DNA of 63,859 nucleotides, counting the filler. It is 6 parts of 6 records of this genome, joined end to end, with 100 filler letters (N's around TTAATTAATTAA, not from the genome) between each part and the next. Parts side by side here need not be neighbours in the genome. Positions count along the whole stretch, not along the records: positions 56,483 to 63,859 come from SRR31156797_7598; 5 more parts are not named here. One strand, 5' to 3'. Below the pieces are notes generated by a model, which saw only the letters and a program-made list of their open reading frames with translations, did not search any database and had not been told where the DNA came from. Both the position numbers and the translations under genes were made by a program. Below, piece by piece: positions 57,911 to 63,859 of this stretch (within the stretch, counting starts at the first letter, position 1; every line of letters starts with the position of its first letter).

Positions 57911-58597
57911 TTATATTCCCAGTTTGTACCCTACACCACGAACGTTCTTGACTAAGTTTGCATAGGGTCCCAGTTTTTCGCGTAAATGCTTGATGTGCAC
58001 ATCAACGGTATGATCCACAACGATCTTTTCATTACCCCAAAGATTATACAGGATCTCTTCGCGTTTAAGGACGTTTCCGTTCTTTTCCGCCAGCATTTTT
58101 AAAATGCGGTATTCTGTGGGGGTCAGGTTGACAAGTTCACCATCGACGAATACTTCATATTTATCAATGTCAATAATAACCTTATCATCAATATTGATCT
58201 TATTCTCTTCCTGTGCTTGCACGGGTGCTTTTCTACGCAATACTGTTTTTACACGAACAGCCAATTCTTTGGGTGAAAAGGGTTTCTTGACGTAATCGTC
58301 AGCACCTAATTCCAATCCAAGAATGGTATCAGATTCGTCAATACGTCCCGAAAGGATAATGATGGACATATTGTCGTACTTGTTGTTTCTACGCAATTCC
58401 TTGCACATATCCATACCATCCATATCGGGTAACATCAGGTCAAGTATGGTAACATCGGGAGTTGTACTTTCAATGAATTCAAGATATTCGCTACCATTGT
58501 TGAATGTAGCAACTTGAAAACCTGACTTTTTTAAATGGATGCTTGTTAATTCGAGAATACTTTTTTCGTCATCGACGACGGCAATAAGTTCATTCAT
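57911..58597 (-). CDS. OmpR/PhoB-family response regulator
   Basis: VVDDE, LDLMLP, GADDY.KKPF, LTPTEY and VDVHIKHLREKL...VRGVGY motifs. Confidence 0.95.
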   Translation of the reverse strand: MNELIAVVDDEKSILELTSIHLKKSGFQVATFNNGSEYLEFIESTTPDVTILDLMLPDMDGMDMCKELRRNNKYDNMSIIILSGRIDESDTILGLELGADDYVKKPFSPKELAVRVKTVLRRKAPVQAQEENKINIDDKVIIDIDKYEVFVDGELVNLTPTEYRILKMLAEKNGNVLKREEILYNLWGNEKIVVDHTVDVHIKHLREKLGPYANLVKNVRGVGYKLGI

Positions 58598-58664
58598 GGC
58601 TGTTCCCTACTTAATTGAATCTATTTAATATATAGTAAAGAAACTTAAATTGAAATAAATTTTA

Positions 58665-59783
58665 TTACATTTTCCACAATGATACTAAATCAGGAAAAGA
58701 CAGGGGATCCAAGCTATTATGGTCTTCTAAGACTGTCTCAACCTCCGTGAAAATGGCTGTAAACCCGATCTCTCCGGCCAGAAAACGTTTAACCGCTTTT
58801 TCGTTTGCCATATTCAATACCGCAGGATATGTCCCACCTGCTTTCAATGCCTCTCTTGCAAGCTCAAGTGAAGGAAATTTTTTAGTATCCGGTTCTTCGA
58901 AATGAAGCTTTCCTATCTTTGCCAAGTCAAGTCGCGGCCAGTCACTATGTAAATGTCGGGGAAAACTTAAAGCATATTGGATCGGTACTTTCATATCCGG
59001 GACACCCAATTGAGCTTTGACCGATCCGTCCCGAAGCTGAACCATACTATGAATGATCGATTCGGGGTGAATAAGAATGTCGATCAGTGACTCTTCCAAA
59101 TTAAACAAATGATAGGCTTCGATCAGTTCCAGGCCTTTATTGAACATGGTGGCGGAATCTATCGTGATCTTGCTGCCCATGGACCAATTGGGATGTTTCA
59201 AAGCTTCTGCCGGTGTAATAGAGCTAAATGTCGAAATATCCCTTTTAAGGAAGGGACCGCCGGATCCCGTCAGGATCAGCTTTTCTACATCTTCCTTTTT
59301 TTCACCCTGCAAACATTGCCATATAGCCGAATGCTCACTGTCCACAGGAAAGATCGTTGCACCGCTACCCTTGCATAAACCGTTGATCAATTCACCGGCC
59401 ATTACAAGGCTTTCCTTATTGCTCAGCGCAATATCAATGCCTTTTTGAGCCGCTTCTACCGTTGCAGCCATACCGGCCGCACCCACAATTGCATTCAGCA
59501 TCAGTTCGCATTTGATATCCTGAATAAGAGAGATAATACTATCTTCACCTGCCAGGCACTTGATCCCGGTATCTTTCAAAGCTTCCTGTAGTCTTGGATA
59601 TTTGCTTTTATCCACAATACAAACCGCTTCAGGACGTAGTGTTTTTGCCTGTTCAATAAGTAATTCGACTTGTGTGTTCGCGCTTAAATATACGGCTTTG
59701 AATGCTTCCGGATTTGTCCGAATAACTTCAATTGCATTTTTACCGATAGATCCGGTGGAACCAAGTATTCCGATCTTTTTCAT
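58665..59783 (-). CDS. dxr: 1-deoxy-D-xylulose-5-phosphate reductoisomerase
   Basis: LGSTGSIG, NKESLV, PVDSEH, SGGPF, HPNWSMG.KITIDSAT and NKGLE motifs. Confidence 0.96.
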   Translation of the reverse strand: MKKIGILGSTGSIGKNAIEVIRTNPEAFKAVYLSANTQVELLIEQAKTLRPEAVCIVDKSKYPRLQEALKDTGIKCLAGEDSIISLIQDIKCELMLNAIVGAAGMAATVEAAQKGIDIALSNKESLVMAGELINGLCKGSGATIFPVDSEHSAIWQCLQGEKKEDVEKLILTGSGGPFLKRDISTFSSITPAEALKHPNWSMGSKITIDSATMFNKGLELIEAYHLFNLEESLIDILIHPESIIHSMVQLRDGSVKAQLGVPDMKVPIQYALSFPRHLHSDWPRLDLAKIGKLHFEEPDTKKFPSLELAREALKAGGTYPAVLNMANEKAVKRFLAGEIGFTAIFTEVETVLEDHNSLDPLSFPDLVSLWKM

Positions 59784-59784
59784 A

Positions 59785-60411
59785 TTATTTATCCAAATTT
59801 AATGTCCAGGAAAACCCGGCCGTAATGGCATTGGGCATTCCGCTGACCTGAGCATTTCCAAAAGGCGAACGGATAGATACTTTAACAGAGGGACTGTATA
59901 TCCTTTCATCTGCAGAAAGATATATGTCGGAATCACTAACGACATAATCTTGAATACCTATTGCAAATCCGATCCCTAAATATACCTTTTGAATATTCTT
60001 TTCTACTTTAAATTCTGCCTGCAAGATAGATGTGCTATAGTGAAAGGATTGTAAGGATCTGTACGATACACCAATCAAGTAAAAGAGGTCTTCTTCTACA
60101 GAAAAGTCGCCATAAGAACCTAAGCCCAAACCAAATAAGCTTAATCCTCCCTCGCCATATTTGTCAATACCTGCGCCAATTTCACCCTGAACATAATAAG
60201 GTGTCGCAAAAGGTATATTAATATTCACGGTCATGAAACTTTCATGGGATCGGCTGATAATAAGGCCCGGATGAACTGAAATATATTCATGCTCGACCGG
60301 AACGGATAGGTAAGATAATTCCTTAAGCATATCCTCGGCACTTATTTGCTCATCAGCAATAAGCATTACAGAGAATAACATGATCAGGATTATTAACAGG
60401 GCTCTTTTCAT
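59785..60411 (-). CDS. Exported hypothetical protein, possibly small outer-membrane beta-barrel
   Basis: Signal peptide MKRALLIILIMLFSVMLIA and alternating hydrophobic/Gly/Tyr strands. Confidence 0.6.
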   Translation of the reverse strand: MKRALLIILIMLFSVMLIADEQISAEDMLKELSYLSVPVEHEYISVHPGLIISRSHESFMTVNINIPFATPYYVQGEIGAGIDKYGEGGLSLFGLGLGSYGDFSVEEDLFYLIGVSYRSLQSFHYSTSILQAEFKVEKNIQKVYLGIGFAIGIQDYVVSDSDIYLSADERIYSPSVKVSIRSPFGNAQVSGMPNAITAGFSWTLNLDK

Positions 60412-60483
60412 AATGACAGAATACAAAAAAGCCGACGCAAATGCTAAAACATTTTTGCCGGCTTGATCTTATACATAAAAAGC

Positions 60484-61005
60484 TTATTTTGATTTTTGCA
60501 GTTCTTCCAGAACTTTATCGGTCAAATTCAATGCTTCGTCAGCATATACAATTGTACCTTTGGATGCATCAAAAACAAAAGAATAACCTTCTTCTTCACC
60601 GATCGTTTTCAAGGTTTCATTGATCTTGTCAAGAACGGGGCCCAGATACTCTTCTTCTTTTGTATAGATCGATCCGGATTGTCCGAAGTGTTCCATTTGA
60701 TAGCTTTGCAGCTGTTGTTCTTTGTCAATGATCGCTTTTTGTTTTTGTTTTTTCCAAGCATCAGAACTTACGAGTTTTCTTTTCTCGTAATCTTCGATCA
60801 ATGTTTGGTATTCGACTTGCATTTCTTCATATACTTTTTGCAATTCAACAGCTTCGGCTTCGAGCTTTTTCATTGCATCGATAGCTTCCTGGTATTCCAT
60901 CATGATCTGTTCGGAATAAATAAAACCAACCTTCATCTCGTCAGCTGCAATCGCAACGGTCAAGACAACAGTCAATAAGATCAGTATTCTTTTCCAGTTT
61001 TTCAC
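60484..61005 (-). CDS. skp: Periplasmic chaperone Skp/OmpH
   Basis: Signal peptide, KVGFI, long coiled coil, GYSFVFD...YAD..LNLTDKVL; follows bamA; AAGGAG before the GTG at 61005. Confidence 0.88.
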   Translation of the reverse strand: MKNWKRILILLTVVLTVAIAADEMKVGFIYSEQIMMEYQEAIDAMKKLEAEAVELQKVYEEMQVEYQTLIEDYEKRKLVSSDAWKKQKQKAIIDKEQQLQSYQMEHFGQSGSIYTKEEEYLGPVLDKINETLKTIGEEEGYSFVFDASKGTIVYADEALNLTDKVLEELQKSK

Positions 61006-61023
61006 AGTTATCTCCTTATTCAA

Positions 61024-63381
61024 TTAAAAGGGCATCCCAAATACAAAGTGGGTTTCCCAGCCCGGTGATTTATAAACTTGTTTTCCGGTGCTGCTGTAGT
61101 AATACAGCTCATCAAATCCGTAACCGAAATCAACACCTAACATACCCATCATCGGCATGTATACGCGTGCGCCAATACCGGCAGAACGTGCCATTTCCGG
61201 GATCTTGATATCTCTTAGATCATCCCAGATACGTCCGGCTTCAGCAAAAGCCAGAAGGTAAAGCGTCGGGTTCGGTGATAAGAGTACTCTCAGCTCACAG
61301 GAATATTTCAATAGTGCTTGTCCACTTTCGTAGGACGAGTTGGGAGGCGCAATGCTTCCGTCCTCATAGCCGCGTAAAGGTGTAATATAACTCATTGCGT
61401 TAGCACCGCCAAGGTGAAAAAGTCTGTCATATGGGATCACCCCATATTCACCAAAGGGCAATACGGCACCAATATCAAAGTTTTGATAGAATACAACTTT
61501 ATCTATGATCGGCGTATATGTTTCAAATGTAATGCGATTTTTAATAAATTCTTCCTGGCCTCCGAATATCCAGCCGGATAACTGAGCATTCCACACCAGT
61601 TTTGAACCTTTTGTCGGGAATTCCGGTTTATCGCGACTGTCGCGGGTAATAACCTGAGTAAAGCTGTTACCCCAAAGCTGTTCGATCCCGGATGGGTTGT
61701 ATTGAAGGAAGTAATCCGTTTCGCGAATATTGTAATAATTCTTATAAGCAAAGGTCAAAGCCCATGAGCCGCTGAAATAGGAATCCGGCCAGCGGAAACG
61801 TCGTCCAAAGTGCGATGTCACTCCAATGGTTTCCCTGTCATAAGGCTCATAATAATAGGAGTTATCTGTCATTTCGCGTTTTGAATAATAAACGTTCAAA
61901 CCGACCGTATTGGGACGTCCCAACAACCAGGGTTCGGTAAAACCAAGGCTTACATAGTCGGTTCCTGCACTCTTCTGATATGATACGGATAAACGCTGTC
62001 CACGCCCACCAAGATTATTAATATCGATACCCACAGAACCGGTCAGGCCGTCATATTCACTGTATCCGATGGAAGCGTTGGCACGATCCGAAGATTTTTC
62101 TTCGACCGTCACCTCAATATCAATGGTTTCATCATCTACAGGAACAATATCGGGAACCACATCCGCAAAATAGTTCAGCATAAAGATCTCTCGCTGAGAG
62201 CGCATGAGTTTTTCGCGATTGAAAACATCTCCCGGCATCAATTTCAATTCACGGCGGATCACATACTCTCGCGTCCTGTCGTTGCCTACGAAATTAATAC
62301 GGCGCACATTGACTTTATGGTTTTCAACAACCTTGATCACGATATCAAGAGAATCTTCTCCGTAAGGGGTGACTTCTGGTGTTACCTGCGCATAAAGAAA
62401 TCCGGTATCCATATATAAAGAACGTATTTTTGCATCCACAGCCATTTCAAAGAATTTTTCTTTGTAGGGTTCGCCCTTCTTGATTCCGGCCATAGATAGA
62501 TTTATCATGAAAAAATCTTCACGATAAACTTCAGTGCCTTCGATAGAAATGTTACGATATACATACTGAGGACCTTCATCCACATTGATATGTAAAGCCA
62601 TTTTTTTACCGGTGGAATCAACGGCTATACTATCGCCGACTATACGTGCATCACGGTATCCCTGATCGCGGTAAAATTGCAAAAGGTTGTTCTTATCATC
62701 AACGAATTTTTCAGGATCATATTTTGCTGAACGGAAAAATGTATACCAGTCTCTTTGTTTAATATCTTTCATCTGCCAGCGTAAACGCCAGGGTTTGAAA
62801 AGATCCTGATTGGTATTAAAAAGGATCTCGTCAATAAAAACCCTTTGGCCTTCTTCAATAATGAATGTAATGTCAACCCGGCCTTCTTTTACTTCAGACG
62901 GCTCGGCTGTAACATCGATCATCACATTATAGAATCCGGCTTCTTTATATTTATCTTCGATCGCGATCTTTGCTTTATTAATTAGATGGGGTGTAAACAC
63001 CTGGCCGCGCAGGAGACTGATCTCATCCTGAAGTTTTTCGTCATTGAATCTTTTATTACCCTCAAAGGTGATCACATCCATTCTGGGATATTCGGCTACC
63101 TGAATAACGACATGAATACCTGCGTCGGTCTCTTCCGTTGCCATCACGTTGATGTCAGAGAACAGGCGAAGATTATATAGCTTCTTGATCCCGTTCTGAA
63201 TATCAGTGGATGTGACCTCGGATCCCTCAACAAGTCCCAAAGAAAGTTTAATGATCCTATCGGATGCTGTTTCATTACCCATAATGGAAACCGATGCAAT
63301 TCGCATGGTTTGCTGTTGGGCAAAAAGGACTGTCATTCCCAGGATTAGAAAGATTAAGATTGCGCGAGTGATCTTTTTCAT
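61024..63381 (-). CDS. bamA: Outer membrane protein assembly factor BamA
   Basis: POTRA repeats (I.F.GN..T...VIRRE), NNLGGRGQ, FTEPW, LRGY and a C-terminal Phe. Confidence 0.95.
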   Translation of the reverse strand: MKKITRAILIFLILGMTVLFAQQQTMRIASVSIMGNETASDRIIKLSLGLVEGSEVTSTDIQNGIKKLYNLRLFSDINVMATEETDAGIHVVIQVAEYPRMDVITFEGNKRFNDEKLQDEISLLRGQVFTPHLINKAKIAIEDKYKEAGFYNVMIDVTAEPSEVKEGRVDITFIIEEGQRVFIDEILFNTNQDLFKPWRLRWQMKDIKQRDWYTFFRSAKYDPEKFVDDKNNLLQFYRDQGYRDARIVGDSIAVDSTGKKMALHINVDEGPQYVYRNISIEGTEVYREDFFMINLSMAGIKKGEPYKEKFFEMAVDAKIRSLYMDTGFLYAQVTPEVTPYGEDSLDIVIKVVENHKVNVRRINFVGNDRTREYVIRRELKLMPGDVFNREKLMRSQREIFMLNYFADVVPDIVPVDDETIDIEVTVEEKSSDRANASIGYSEYDGLTGSVGIDINNLGGRGQRLSVSYQKSAGTDYVSLGFTEPWLLGRPNTVGLNVYYSKREMTDNSYYYEPYDRETIGVTSHFGRRFRWPDSYFSGSWALTFAYKNYYNIRETDYFLQYNPSGIEQLWGNSFTQVITRDSRDKPEFPTKGSKLVWNAQLSGWIFGGQEEFIKNRITFETYTPIIDKVVFYQNFDIGAVLPFGEYGVIPYDRLFHLGGANAMSYITPLRGYEDGSIAPPNSSYESGQALLKYSCELRVLLSPNPTLYLLAFAEAGRIWDDLRDIKIPEMARSAGIGARVYMPMMGMLGVDFGYGFDELYYYSSTGKQVYKSPGWETHFVFGMPF

Positions 63382-63384
63382 ATT

Positions 63385-63859
63385 TTACGTGCTTACCTGT
63401 TCGCTTGTTTTTCCAAAACGCCGTTCCCGCTTGGTATAGGACAAAAGGGCTTTGTAGTAATTCTGACGGTGAAAATCCGGCCATAGTTCTTCTGCAAAGT
63501 AGAATTCCGCATAGGCAGCCTGCCACAGAAGGTAATTGCTTATCCTGTATTCACCACTGGTTCGGATCATCAGATCCGGATCAGGAATATCTGCCGTGTC
63601 AAGACGGGATCCCAATAGCGCTTCATCAATGTCATTGGGCTCCAATTCACCCTTCTTCACATCCTCTGCGAGCGTATGAACGGCTCTGAGGATCTCATCC
63701 CGACTTCCATAACTAAGGGCTACGACCAGGGTCAGTAATTCATTGTTCTTTGTCAGTTCAATTCCCTGCTCTAAAACTTCTCTAGCTTCCTTTGGAAGGT
63801 CGTTCCTGTCTCCTATGACTTTCAGGCGCACATTGTTCCTGTGTAATTCTTTAATTTCT
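63385..63859 (-). CDS. uppS: Undecaprenyl diphosphate synthase (cis-isoprenyl transferase), 5'-truncated
   Basis: ALSYGSRDEI, DPDLMIRTSGEYRISNYLLWQ.AYAE, LWPDF and RERRFG motifs. Confidence 0.95.
   Translation of the reverse strand, partial: EIKELHRNNVRLKVIGDRNDLPKEAREVLEQGIELTKNNELLTLVVALSYGSRDEILRAVHTLAEDVKKGELEPNDIDEALLGSRLDTADIPDPDLMIRTSGEYRISNYLLWQAAYAEFYFAEELWPDFHRQNYYKALLSYTKRERRFGKTSEQVST

Noticed and set aside
1-63859. CRISPR arrays, rRNA, tRNA, integrase or transposase genes
   Set aside because: None recognised by eye. The 63-bp-periodic palindromes at 39597-39733 are only 11 bp with three copies and fit operators, not CRISPR repeats.

Overview
This window is not one genome locus. 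It is six unrelated contigs joined by five artificial 100-nt spacers (N44-TTAATTAATTAA-N44, stops in all six frames), so adjacency across spacers has no biological meaning. (1) 1-18638: late module of a siphovirus-like phage or prophage. It has an S49 protease with a nested scaffold gene, capsid, neck and tail tube genes, a tail chaperone with a -1 frameshift, a tape measure protein, tail tip and fibre genes and a GH108 lysis cassette. Opposite-strand cargo follows: a membrane-anchored transglutaminase-like protein and a thermonuclease. (2) 18739-26240: a tightly coupled operon encoding a TIR-domain/ClpA-type AAA+ unfoldase fusion, a Ser/Thr kinase-TPR protein, a membrane TPR protein and a truncated fourth gene. 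This is the best candidate for an undescribed defence or signalling system. (3) 26341-34597: AT-rich bacterial nucleoside ABC transporter plus a xanthine-dehydrogenase-family molybdoenzyme cluster with REP-like palindromes. (4) 34698-40894: GC-rich sugar-acid locus with a LarA-family epimerase, gluconokinase, two GntP permeases, a GntR/FadR regulator and three operator-like palindromes exactly 63 bp apart. (5) 40995-56382: Methanosarcinaceae-like archaeal DNA (argC, ADP-PFK/GK, ogg, cca, proBA, iorA) with an AT-rich islet carrying a DUF3644/HEPN-like gene and decayed genes. (6) 56483-63859: diderm bacterial housekeeping DNA (uppS, bamA, skp, dxr, response regulator, TonB-dependent receptor). 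All family calls come from reading motifs by eye; no database search was run.
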